DNA of 64,000 nt, taken from positions 13,721 to 77,720 of the forward strand of contig NW_021831843.1 of the NCBI RefSeq assembly GCF_006345805.1, written 5' to 3'. The position numbers were made by a program, and so were the translations under genes. This DNA is from Octopus sinensis. Lineage: Eukaryota. Under the pieces are notes generated by a model that was not told the DNA's origin, ran no database searches, and saw only the letters and a program-made list of their open reading frames with translations. Each line of letters opens with the position of its first letter. Within the stretch, counting starts at the first letter, position 1. This document shows, piece by piece, positions 1 to 13,251 of the stretch.

Positions 1-101
1 TGGTCCCGGCATGATAGCGTTTCTGCCAGCTCATCGCCAAATACTAATAATAATAATAATAATAATAATAGTAATAGTAATATTAATAATAACAATAATA
101 A

Positions 102-304
102 TCCTTTCTATTATAGACACAAGACATGAAATTTGGAGGAAAGGCCATAGTCGATTACATCAACCCCAGTGCTTCACTGGTACTTATTTCATCGCCCCCG
201 AAAGGATAAAAAGCAAAATCGACCTCAGCAGAATTTAAGCTCAGAACGTAAGGACGGATGAAACGCCGCCAAGCATTGTATCCGGGAGTAATAACAATTC
301 TCCC
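102..304 (-). mobile_element. tRNA-derived SINE, family A (~210 bp; octopus-type)
   Basis: Reverse complement aligns with the + copy at 27102-27314: shared core GTTCTGAG.T.AAAT.C.GC.GAGGTCGA.TTTGC.TTT.AT.CTTTCGGG, then CTGGGGT.GAT.TAATCGACT and the same tail type. Confidence 0.85.
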
Positions 305-318
305 ATATCAACGGCTGA

Positions 319-354
319 ATAATAATAATTATAATAATAATAATAATAATAATA

Positions 355-408
<54 letters not shown>

Positions 409-602
409 TAATAATAACCTGCAAGGTCATGTGCTGTTTATCTTGATATGAGATCACCACGTCGCGCACATATGGTTGTGATGCATGTGCCTGGTGTACC
501 TTTATCAGACGGGTAGTCATGATGGGTATATTGGGCTTCGTATATTTTACCCCAGTGTCACTTTGATGGCATGCACTGCTCTCTCACTCAATAATAATAA
601 TA

Positions 603-652
<50 letters not shown>

Positions 653-655
653 AGT
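319..655. repeat. (TAA)n microsatellite array interrupted by a 173-bp insert
   Basis: TAA triplets on both sides of 418-590. Confidence 0.95.
418..590 (+). mobile_element. 5'-truncated 3' end of a TAA-tailed non-LTR retrotransposon (Dong/R4-like by inference)
   Basis: Complex-sequence block ending ...GCATGCACTGCTCTCTCACTCA that runs directly into (ATA)n and is preceded by (TAA)n. I recall this 3' end as abundant in Octopus. Clade is inferred from the tail and target only. Confidence 0.6.
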
Positions 656-1033
656 ATCATCATCATCATCATCATCATCATCAATATCACAATTATTTTC
701 TTTCCCTATTTCTATTTCGTTATTGACCAAATTATTTGTTGTTGCTTTTGTTTTTTTTAGCAGTTTTTTTCCTTCCTCAATCTCAAAGATTAATGAAATA
801 CTTGAATAAGTGAATGGGGAGGAACCGTAATCGGGATGAAAGTGAGAAATAGAGAGAGAGAGAGAGAGAGTAGTAAGATAATGAGAGAATGCACGAGAAA
901 TTGTATGAGTGAGAGAAAGGGAGAGAGACAGAGACAAAAGCAGAGTGACAGAGAGGAAAGGATGGAACCTGAACCGATGGATGAGAGACAGACACGATAA
1001 GAAGGGGAATGCTTTAAAAATTAAAAGTAATGA

Positions 1034-1077
<44 letters not shown>

Positions 1078-1094
1078 AAAAGACTGAGAAGGAA

Positions 1095-1128
<34 letters not shown>

Positions 1129-1269
1129 AGGAGAAGACTTGCCGTGTAATTAAACAACAATACAAAGAAGCTGTTATTTGATGATTTGGAAGGTGGGTGG
1201 ATGTGGTGGAGAGAGAGAGGAAATACCGCCAAAAACAACAACACTCAATAACAGCGAACAAACTACAAC

Positions 1270-1297
1270 TACTGATATAACAACAATAATAGTAATA

Positions 1298-1350
<53 letters not shown>

Positions 1351-2157
1351 TATAATGATAATAATGATAATAATAATAATAATAATAATAATAATATTAA
1401 TAATGATGATGATGATGATGATAATAGTAACAATAATGATAATAATAATGATGATGATGATGATGATAATAATAATAATAATAATAATACCACTACTACT
1501 ACTACTACTAATATTAATAATACTACTAATAATAATAATGCTGATGATGATAACGATGATAATGGTGACCATGCTGATCATGATCATGATGTTGATGATG
1601 ATGTGGATGACGATGATGATGATGATGAGGGTCATGGTAATGATGGCGATCCAAAGAATCATAATAATAATAGTTAAGTAATCAGTACTGCAAGTTTTCT
1701 AAGATACGTTTGCCGTCCTTGATGGTAGTTTTCCTCATCTTTCTCCTCACCCCTCCACTTCCTCCTCTCCATCGTCTTCATCACCATAATTATAGGATTT
1801 TTGGGGTTTTTTTTTGGGGGGGGGGAACTCATTATTATTATCGCTATTATTAGTAGTATTATTAACATTACTATGACTATTGTTATTATCATTATTATTA
1901 TTATTACTACCATTGTTGTTATTTCTATTAATATTGTTATTACCATTATTATTATCGTTTTTTTAATACTATTTCCATTGTTATTACTGTTACTGTTGTT
2001 CTTGTAATTGTTGCTGTTGTTGTTATCATCATCATCATCATCATCATCACCATCATCATCATCATTATTATTATATTATTATTATTATTATTATCATTAT
2101 TATTATTGTTATCATTATTATTATTATATTGTTATCATTATTATTATTATTGTTATC

Positions 2158-2208
<51 letters not shown>

Positions 2209-2227
2209 TTATTATTATTAATAATAA

Positions 2228-2258
<31 letters not shown>

Positions 2259-2290
2259 ATGACTGTTATTAATACTGCTATCATTAATGT
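1270..2290. repeat. Mosaic trinucleotide low-complexity block (ATA/ATG/ACT, then TAT/CAT/TGT)
   Basis: In-phase drifting triplets; source of the poly-I/poly-M ORFs in the track. Confidence 0.9.
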
Positions 2291-2409
2291 TATTATTTGT
2301 GATGCCGTTGTTAATTTTCCGGGCTTTTTTTTCCGAGGCCTTTTGTGAAGGATCAAACTAAATTATATTTTGACTGCAGGAACAATGTTCAACTTGACAA
2401 AGCACACAG

Positions 2410-2450
<41 letters not shown>

Positions 2451-3041
2451 TTCTATTATACTTCTATATTATTATGAGCACATATAAAATAATACACACA
2501 CACACATATATATAGATATATATGTATATATATGTATATATATATATATATATTATATATATATATATATAATATATATATATAATATATATATATATGT
2601 ACGTACATATACGTACATATATATCTATATATACATACATATATAGATTTATCTATTTATTGTTGTTGTTTTTGATTCGGATAATTGGAATAAATATTAA
2701 GGAAAAAATCGAAAAGGAAAGAAAAAATATAGTTGAAATTAATCAGAATCAATAAGAACTCAAGTTAAAATAAAATGAAATAAAAGGAAAACAAACGAAG
2801 AAACAAACAACGAGAAAGCAATTAAATTATTAATTAAATAAGTAATATCATTAAAAATGCATGAATTTTAATTTATTTATTGCTTTCTTTTTTTTTCGTC
2901 CTATTTGTCGTTTACACACAAACGTGCACGCACTCTCACACACAGAGACAGATACGCACATATTCAGATTTAGACACGTTTGCACATATAGGTAGACTCT
3001 TACATATTACATATACATATACGTATATACACCTTTCTGTA

Positions 3042-3087
<46 letters not shown>

Positions 3088-3194
3088 TTCTCTGGTCAAT
3101 TTTACAGCATTCTTACCGTCACCTCATCTCTTCTACATAAGGCAAGTCTTGTCGACACAGACCACGGCAATTTTCTCTGAATTCATAGATGTAT

Positions 3195-3240
<46 letters not shown>

Positions 3241-5349
3241 GTGCACACCTTTATATATATCAGTAAGAGAGAAAAGAATAAATCTACCCTAACTACCTCA
3301 AGACCCACCCTTACCACTAGTATTGCTATTACGACAGAAAAAAATATAGTAAAAATAATAATAAACTAGGAAACCCGGATCGTCAATAATTTAGTTAATA
3401 TATTGATTGAAATCGGGTTATAATCAATGACTTCGGCATTGGAGGCGGAGGGGGAATATCACGTGATCACTAAACTCATACTAAAAAATGAATTATATAA
3501 AATGATGAAATAATAAAATAAAACAGAAGTGAGGAACAAGATTCATTCCCGCCACCCACTCCCATCCGTTTTAATTAGTGCATATTTTCCCATCTATTTC
3601 TCAATCTTGCCAATTAAAAGGAAGCACAGAAGAAAAATCTAGAGGCTTGCATATTTTTGTGGTTTGTTTTTGTATTTTTAACCGTAATGTTTTAATTTAT
3701 TATTAATTTTATTTGTTATTATTTTGTATTTTTACTTGTTAGTGTTGGGTTTTGTGTTTGGGTGTTTTTTTTTTTTTTAAACTCTATTCAGACTTCATAC
3801 GATTTTCTGTGATTTTCTGTGTCAGAGATTTCGTTGATTTGAAATCTCGTTGATAATCTTGACAGCCTCCACAGCCAGAGACATCCATCATAAAAATTTG
3901 ATGTCTAAGGAACTTCCAAAGAAGAGTTATTTATTTATTTATTTATATATTTGTTTATATTTTATACTCTATTATTATAATCTTAAGGCATTTTGGTACA
4001 GAAGAGTGTCTTTTCACTGTTCAAAATTTTCAAACATGTTAAATTCTGGTAAGTGCAAGTCGCATCATTTCCAAAAGATCGCATCTCATAATACACAGTC
4101 AGATATAATGCTCTTGCTTACTTGTCATTGATGTTAAAACCTTTCCCCACCTGCCAGATCAAAATTATGCACTGAATCGATAATCACAATACTGAGAATA
4201 TATTTTTAACGATACCGGAACGATGGAATCTAAAGTTGGCAACTCGTGAAATTTGAGCTTAGAGCATCAAGGGACGTAACTACATTTTAGTATTTTAGTA
4301 TTTCCTCCGACATTATTCTCATTTGTTTATCTACATTGTAGAAGAATTTTCCGTGGAATCAATGCGCTGTATTACCCTAGAATTCCAGAAGGAGTGAAGT
4401 CCTTTCATCTTTTGTCATGAATTTATTTCCGATTGACAATATAGATGTTGATCCTTCGTCGTTCGACGATGAAGAATCAGTTGTTTGCGACTGAGTATTC
4501 TACAGACACGTGTACTCGTAACCAAATTCTAATGCAGAATCAGCGTGACGCAGTGTGTGACAAGGTTCTGTTTTTTTGAATTACAGGTACATTCAACCGA
4601 ACTGGCTTCCATGCAATTTTTATCAAACCGAATTGACTTACAAGGTCTGGGTGGAAAAGAGAATATAACTCATGACATTTAGCTGGATATCTAGGAAAAT
4701 ACAATTAATTTAGTGAGTTCTACTTTGTTATCGCTTATCCAACTTTACTCACGAATATTGATTTGGATTGAGGCTATAGTAAATATTTGCTTAGAGTATT
4801 TTGAGAGAAATCCAGAGAGAAGGAGAGGGAAAGAAAAAGCCACAGAGATATAGACAGTAAATGATGGTAGGACTAGTGTTGGTTGGGTTGATGTCTACTT
4901 CTTGTTTCTCGTTGCTGCGTCTTTTTTGATGGTAATAATGTTAAGAATGATGGCGGCAACGGCAAAATTTGAGGATAAATACTTGCACTAAGGCGCATGC
5001 GTTATATCAAATAGAGGGAAAATATTTTGTTGTCACCTGCTTACTACGAACTAACATCACCACTTCCATTAACTAACAGCCTACAACAAAACACTACAGT
5101 TATTAGAATATGTGTATATGTGTGTGTGTGCGCATGTGTGCTTGTAAGATTATATGTATTGAGATAAAGGTATTTCTTTCGTTCTTCTTTATCTTGTTTC
5201 TTTCATATTATCATGTGAACTAACAGTTTCACAACTACATTTTCCGTTTTCCTCCCTCTCTCTTTCTTGCCAGGTATTTGCCAACATTCCCACCATAACG
5301 ACAACCTCAGTTTTCAGTATTTACACATAGTTTTATTTATCATAATTCC

Positions 5350-5725
5350 GCCATAAGGAGACTTAGAAGTTCGCTTCGAAACCACATGGCTTCGGGTTCA
5401 ATATCATTGTGCAACATCTTCGGCAACTGTAACCCTGAGCCGACGAAATACTTTAAAGTTCGGCAGACGGAAACTGTGTGAAACCCCTTCGTATATATAT
5501 ATATATATATATTTGTGTGCGTGTTTCCTTTGTTACCTCATCGCTTGTCAATTGGTGCTGTTTTGTTTATGCTCTCCCACCACCCATAATATCGATGTGG
5601 CAGAAGCCACAGATAGAACAGGTACCAGTCTTGAAATATAAGTATTGATATCGATTTGTTCTACGAAACCCTTCAAGGCAGTGACCCAATATGACCGCAA
5701 TCCATTGACAGAAACAGACGAAAAA
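5350..5725 (+). mobile_element. Degenerate SINE, family B (tRNA-like head, internal TA/TG microsatellite, ~400 bp)
   Basis: ACCACATGGCTTCGGGTTCA head, GACGGAAACTG..., internal (TA)n and CGCTTGTCAA; 3' part is colinear with the young copy at 40141-40485. Confidence 0.65.
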
Positions 5726-6473
5726 AAAAAAAAAAAAAACGAAACATAAAGAAGTACATATTAATACTTCTATAAGTCTGCTATCATGTTCTTAATTCCT
5801 GTTTTTCAGATTGAATCAATGACAACATGGATGACTATCGTTGAAGCATCCCATGTCGAAGAATGTCTACAGTTCACTGGCTAAATCATCATATTCTTCA
5901 ATATTTTTTGCATGCATATCAGATATGATGAAAACTAGTAAAAATAAAGAACATAGTAATATATCTAAAACATGGAAGATCAAATATATCGCGATAAAAA
6001 TCGTAACAATAGGAAAAGGGAAGTAAAACAGCGAATAATAATACAAGTTCAATCCAGTATAATCCGGAGGTGAAATATGTGTCAGCACTGTAATATTTCG
6101 AAAAAATATTCCAGAAAAAATATGGGTATATTGTAAGGAATTTCACGCTTTAAAGAAGAAACGAGCAGAGTTTAATGCTTAGTGTAGTTCTTCTCGTATT
6201 ATAAGGAGAAGGGTGAAGTGGATTCTATTCTATGGACATTTAATGCGGCCATTCTAATTTCCCAAACTAGCAACTAAATCTTCTAAATTAACATCTGTCT
6301 TTATAAATTGTATATGTACAATTTGGATGGTTAAATTCTACTCTATTTTTCCTATTACCAAGCATACACACACATATATATGTATATACATATATACATA
6401 TATATATACATACATACATATGCGTACTTATGCATACATATACATATATATGCATATATATATATATATATAT

Positions 6474-6546
6474 AAATGTGTGTGTGTATGCATGAATATA
6501 TATTTATATATGTATATATATATGCATATATAATCTCTCTCACATA

Positions 6547-6578
<32 letters not shown>

Positions 6579-7122
6579 GAAATACACACTCACACACAAA
6601 CACATGCATGTTTTTTACTATTCATTTTCATTGCTTCAGCAAGAGGCCACGGTCAAAATGGAAGCCGTTATTCTATGTACGTACGTATATAAGACGAGCG
6701 ACGCATTTGCAAAATATTAAACTTGACAACATACGGTATATGCACACATGTCTGTGATATACTCACAAACATGACTATAAATTCGTCCAGTAGGAATTAA
6801 ATTTTACCCACAGCAGTATGTCTGACAGTGATATTCATAATGCTGCAATGGTGGATCAGTGTCGCATTTCTAGTGCTTCGGGTCTGATCCAGATGACAAT
6901 GCTATCGTTTCAGTAATAATGTTAACGATTTTGTTCTTAATGTTGTTGGTGAAGGAGAAGGTGGTTGTGATGAAAGTGACAACAACGTGACAGACTTTGG
7001 TGTGTTGGTGACAGTGGTGTTTTGTATAAGCATATATATTATATATATATATAAATGTGTGTGTGTATGCATGAATATATATTTATATATGTATATATAT
7101 ATGCATATATAATCTCTCTCAC

Positions 7123-7163
<41 letters not shown>

Positions 7164-7620
7164 GAAATACACACTCACACACAAACACATGCATGTTTTT
7201 TACTATTCATTTTCATTGCTTCAGCAAGAGGCCACGGTCAAAATGGAAGCCGTTATTCTATGTACGTACGTATATAAGACGAGCGACGCATTTGCAAAAT
7301 ATTAAACTTGACAACATACGGTATATGCACACATGTCTGTGATATACTCACAAACATGACTATAAATTCGTCCAGCAGGAATTAAATTTTACCCACAGCA
7401 GTATGTCTGACAGTGATATTCATAATGCTGCAATGGTGGATTTGTGTCGTATTTCTAGTGCTTCGGGTCTGATCCAAATGACAATGCTATCGTTTCAGTA
7501 ATAATGTTAACGATTTTGTTCTTAATGTTGTTGGTGAAGGAGAAGGTGGTTGTGATGAAAGTGACAACAACGTGACAGACTTTGGTGTGTTGGTGACAGT
7601 GGTGTTTTGTATAAGCATAT
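6474..7620. repeat. Near-identical direct tandem duplication, ~579-585 bp unit (6474-~7039 and 7053-~7620)
   Basis: Direct comparison shows 5 substitutions plus a 6-bp (CT)n length difference; both junctions lie in (TA)n tracts. Confidence 0.97.
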
Positions 7621-7953
7621 ATATCATATATATATATATATATTATATATATATATATATATAGTGAGAGAGAGAAAGAGAGGGAGATGAATCTATTTTA
7701 TTATTTTGTTAAAACGATATTGTACACCCTAAAACTGATAGTATTTTTGTATGCATACAAACAGATATATGTATAAGCATACACATATTCAGACGACACA
7801 CACATAGAAATAATCACACATACATGTTTGCTTTAAGGTGGGTGTATATGTATACGGGTTAAGTTTGTGCTTCTAAGAACATAAGCCTTCCTTCTATGTC
7901 TATGTTTACCTATACGTATAAAAATTCACACATACACACACACATATATATAC

Positions 7954-8000
<47 letters not shown>

Positions 8001-8005
8001 GCATC

Positions 8006-8057
<52 letters not shown>

Positions 8058-8387
8058 GAGAGGCCATTGAATACTCCATCAAAGGAATTCATTAAATATA
8101 CTAAGAGAGTAACAAAAACATATTTTATCTTTATTGCATTTAAAAAACAACAACCTTACCATCAAATGACGCTTTAGGTGAATCTATCATCAACGTTGCA
8201 TTTATCTTCTATTCATGTTCTTTCTTTATATCTATATTTATTTCAAACCTTTCTACACTCCATAATACTTAGCACAATAGTCAACTATATAAATATAACG
8301 TGTATATATATAGATATCAATACAATATATGTGTGTCTATGTATGTGTCTATATATGTTTATGTATGCATGTATATAAGTATGTATG

Positions 8388-8422
<35 letters not shown>

Positions 8423-9059
8423 ATGCATGAATATATATTATATATATATATATGTATATATATGCATATATATATGTGTGTCTATGTGTATATGTATATA
8501 CATATGTATATATATAGAAATGAATATATATATATATATCTATATATATATGTGTATGTGTGTGTGTGTGTGTGTGTACATAATACGTATGTATTTGTAT
8601 ACAAGTGTGTGTATATTTGTGTGTGCATGTATGTGTGTGCGTGCTACTGTGTGTGCATTATGCACGTCCATATGAAGTAAATTGAACGCGTAAACGTATC
8701 ATTCGAAAAAGATAACAACGTCAACATCATGAATAATAACAGAGCTATCTGTAGCTACCGCTGCTGCCGTTGCTGCTGCAGCTGCTGCTGGTGATCAGGG
8801 AGAAGATGCTGATTGCGGTGGTGGTGGTGATTATAACAATGATGATGCCTACGTCTACGATGACAACGATGTCGATGATTGTAATATTTGCACAAAATGC
8901 ATCGTCGTGTTTGTTCGCGTTTTTATGAATTGAAATCTCTCTACCTAAGCCTTTCACTACCCAACATTTCATAGTTCATTTCTGGATTGAGATATTAACT
9001 CCCCAAGTCAGAGTATTTGATTGGTGAATCCATTCATTAGAGAGCTGTAGGATATGCGT

Positions 9060-9260
9060 TACGCTCTTCACTAATCGTAGTCTTCTTTTGAGCAGATCCT
9101 TTTCATGTGATCCCTCTCCAGTACACCCCATACGATCCGAAAGGGCACTTACCATTCTCTACGGCTGTTAGTTAAACTGCTGGAATGACGGCTTTCCAGC
9201 ACTAACCTTGATTGCAGTACTTGAGTGTTTTCCCGTTGCCTTCTCCACATAAATGGAATC
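9060..9260 (-). mobile_element. Possible decayed RTE-related fragment
   Basis: Minus strand TGGAGAAGGCAACGGGAAAACACTCAAGTACT resembles the BovB/RTE motif TGGAGAAGG.AATGGCAA.CCACTCCAGTAT; recognised from memory only. Confidence 0.3.
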
Positions 9261-9304
9261 TTAACCCAGAATGTAGAGAGCCAGGATTATGATACTCCCC
9301 CACC

Positions 9305-9425
9305 CACTAGGGCAAAATAAAAGAAGGTGTTTTGCTCAAGAACACATCACGTCTGGCCCCTTAATCGGACCTTCAATCTAGCAATCCTGAGTGCAACATC
9401 CTAACCACTAAGGCACGTGTCTTCA
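9305..9425 (-). mobile_element. SINE family C, 5' fragment
   Basis: AAATAAAAGAAGGTGTTTTGCTCAAGAACAC...CCTAACCACTAAGGCACGTGTCTTCA is colinear with 49690-49810 and is a tRNA-like head on the minus strand. Confidence 0.65.
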
Positions 9426-10277
9426 TATGTAAATCGACGATTGTTTCCTTTCTGTCCACCTTCTACTACTGGCCTCTTTGTAGCTGAACACCTGACATTT
9501 GGAGCGATGATAACCATGTTAGGCTTCTAATGTCCCGACCCTGCACAAACCTGGATAAATACATAACCAGAGAAAGCAAGCACGCTATGAAGGTATTCCG
9601 GAATAGAATAGATTAAGTAGACCAGCACGTGGAACAATGTTCAGTATTAGACACGTGTCTTTAAATTCTGAACTAATTGCTGATATGGTCTACTTTGAAT
9701 TATAGACCTTAATCTTTTGTTTTCTTTATTAAAGATCTTTCCCAAGAAGGCTTGAAGGTAGTGTGGCGTAAGAACCAATAGAGAATTAAAGCAAGTGCCG
9801 ACTAATTCAAAAGTTTTCGATGGACAGAAAGCTTAAAGGACAGAAGATAAAAGACAATGGTGAGGAGATTCAGATAACTGTAATTCGAGAAAAGAAGCTA
9901 TTAGAATAAAAGGGAACTCAACGGGTAACATGTTCACATGTCTTGATCGAGGGCAATAGATCAGAATGTCCACAGGAGCACTGAGTATTGAAATACTTAT
10001 AGAAGAGGTTCGACAAATATACATTTCGAAGGTGAGCCAAAGATTCGAACGCAATAGAAACCAAAGAACATCTTCCTATAAACAACTCAATTCTGAATTG
10101 AGTGAAGCAAGATAAGAATCTTGCACGAGGCATCAGTCCAAAGATGACAACAATAATTATTGCAAATTTGATTGGTGGCCTTCTACAGAAGAGAAGATAC
10201 TCTCTGGCGTAAGAAATTTGCGAACACAGAAGAGAGATCCACCATTTTGGACAACCGATGTAGCAATGGATTGAATA

Positions 10278-10387
10278 CTGTAAATCCTCGAGTATAATCC
10301 GCATTTTTTCCCAAAATTTAAGGTTTAGCTTTTTCAGAGGTACATCCTCCTAAAAATCCCCTGCGTATTATACTCGAGGATTTACGG
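10278..10387. mobile_element. 110-bp MITE, Tc1/mariner superfamily (Tc2/pogo-like CCGTA termini)
   Basis: 26-bp TIRs CTGTAAATCCTCGAGTATAATCCGCA / TGCGTATTATACTCGAGGATTTACGG (2 mismatches), flanked by TA at 10276-77 and 10388-89. Confidence 0.9.
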
Positions 10388-12019
10388 TATTTGTTCCGAG
10401 AGATCTAGGGTTAAAGTCAAGCAATATGTCAGATACTGTAGCTGATTTCATACACCGATCCAGCCTTATTACCCACTTGGTCGTGCGAAGGAATATTTAC
10501 GTTGCCATTCAATAATGTAGTAAGAGTAATCTTAACTCATTTTGATCCCAACAGTGCAACATATTCGTTGTATCAAATACAACGTCTTAAAAGCAAACCT
10601 ATAAAGCAGAAACGTTCCTAATACTGATGAAGTATACATTTTGTTAGTGTTAAATTCAAATTATCATTCCCACTCTAATGCTTTTAATATCATCCATACA
10701 GACCATTCATTTGCTTTCGGTGCGCACTATTCCTGGTGCATGTGTGTGTGTGTGTGTTACATGCAATGATGTATATACCATATATATACCTAAGTATGTA
10801 TGTCTATGCAGTCTACCGCATAAATAGCAACTCCGGTATCAACAGGACTGGATATTTTATCCGCCATATGAGGAATAATTATTGAGGAATTTACATAAAT
10901 GTATGAGCTTGGCTATTGGAATAAGTGTGTGTTTGTGTGTGTGTGTGTGTGTGTTCTTCGTATTACGAATGTGTTTTGGCGGTTCATTTGCGTTACTTAT
11001 AGTTAAGACTTTTATCTTTTACTTGCGGCCATGCTGGGGCACCTTCTTCAATATTTTACTCGAACAAATCGGACCCAGTAATTATACATCTTATAATTCT
11101 CGTACTTTTTCGATCACTGACTTTTGCTGAACCACTATTTCAGGAATATGCAAACAAACCAACACCAGTTGCCTAATGGTGATGGAGAGACAAACACACG
11201 CACTAACACACAAAAAAACAGACACGCGAATACCCATACACACGCATAAATATAAGCACACACACACACACAAACATATATAAATTCACGAGGCACTTGC
11301 TCACAGTTTCAGTTTACCAAATTCGTTCACAAGAGTTCGATCAGCCCACGGCCATACAGTAGAAGTGCCGTGTAGTTAGGCTGAATTGGAAACCATGTGG
11401 ATGCAAAGCAAGCATCCGTGTTTCATCTCGAAAGAAACGGCGAGCTAGATAAATCAGTGATTTGGACGAAATATATTCGTTGAAACGGAGAACGCTTGGG
11501 AAAATCGCGTAAAGGGAGAGATAGAAAGTAAGAAAGAAAGAAAGAAAGAAAGAGAAAGAAAAAAGAGAAAAGCGAGACAGACAGACAGAAAGATAGGCAG
11601 ATAGAGACGGAGAAGGGAAAAAAGGACTTCTTTGGCTTTGTGAAAAAGACGAGGCCGGGTTAATGTGAATGGGTAGGACAACGGGGTGAAAGAATGATAC
11701 ATATTAGATATTTTAATAAAGACGGTGAGTTGAATGCTGATAGTTGCCATAAGGGTAGAGGAAATTCTGTATTTGAAGTCTGTAATATATACAGAGATAC
11801 GTATGCACACAAACGTACTACAATATCCATATATAACGATACACATATACGTACGTGTAAGTAAAGTAAGCTTGTATGAATATATACTTTATATACACAC
11901 ACATATATGCACGCATATACACTCAAGCACATACAGTTACACATGCATATACATATACGAATAAACACACCTAGACACGATTACAGGTATTGATATATAT
12001 ATATATACTGTATGTGTGC

Positions 12020-12061
<42 letters not shown>

Positions 12062-12271
12062 TCTGCACACACACCCACACATACATATATATATATGTTT
12101 ATGTGTATACGCATAGACCCCTTTCTTACTTTTCGCAGACATATATGTATATATGTATATATAGGCATATATATGTGTGTGTGTATATATATATATATAC
12201 ATATATACACATATATATACGTATATATAAGTATGTATACATATATATGTATATATGTGTGTATGTATGTA

Positions 12272-12344
<73 letters not shown>

Positions 12345-12877
12345 CATACCAGAGAGAGAATGGGAGTGGGAGAATGAATGGAAGAATGAAGAAAGTGAAC
12401 GAGATATAATAAGTACGGTCTAACGCCGAGATAGACGAAGTGTGAAGTGGAAAGTTGATCGATAGCTGCCGTCTTCTGCCCTAGTGAAAAGGTGAAATGG
12501 TCAAATAAGACCGCTTTTTAATCTACCTACCCTATAGATTTCCAATCCCTCTGATTAACATCAGCATATTTCTGCTGATAAATAGGAAAAATCTGAATAC
12601 ACGCGAGCAGACCAAACACTTGCAGACATACACACACTCACACACATATGCACAACTAGCACAATCATATCCACATACACTCAAACACATACACAGATAC
12701 ATGTAGCAGACATGCATATACTCACACACAGTCATACACGCAAAATGTCTACCGTTTTATATTAAACGTAAAAATTTATCTTCACACGTCTATATATACA
12801 AACATATTTATCTCTGTGTGTGTATATGTGCGTGTATATGTGCATGTATATGTATATATGTATATATATATATATAG

Positions 12878-12924
<47 letters not shown>

Positions 12925-13219
12925 TATATATATACATATAAACATATATATATATATATATACATGTATATAGACATACATACAAACGTATATATGTATT
13001 ATATATTTATGCATATATATATATATATATATATATACATGAATATATATACATGAATATATACACACACACGCACAGAGAGAGAGAGAAGCTATTGTAT
13101 GGATATATGTGTGGATATATGAGTCATGAGTCTGTGTGTATATATATACTAAGTAAGGGCATATGTTTGTCTCTGTGTGTCTGCTTGCATCCGTGTCTGT
13201 GTGTCCTTCTGTGTGTGTA

Positions 13220-13251
<32 letters not shown>

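Noticed and set aside
3108-3147. Possible 34-nt exon with an AAG|GCAAGT GC donor after a (CT)n tract
   Set aside because: The pyrimidine tract is a microsatellite, the donor is non-canonical, and there is no supporting context.
9153-9307. Minus-strand exon-like segment with a good acceptor and G|GTAAGT donor
   Set aside because: All three frames contain stops, and the splice signals derive from retroelement remnants.
9700-10270. Possible decayed LINE ORF2 (NYRP-like at ~9707; DPPFWTTDV near 10237-10263)
   Set aside because: The motifs are short, interrupted by stops, and in an order inconsistent with a single ORF2; they cannot be distinguished from chance.
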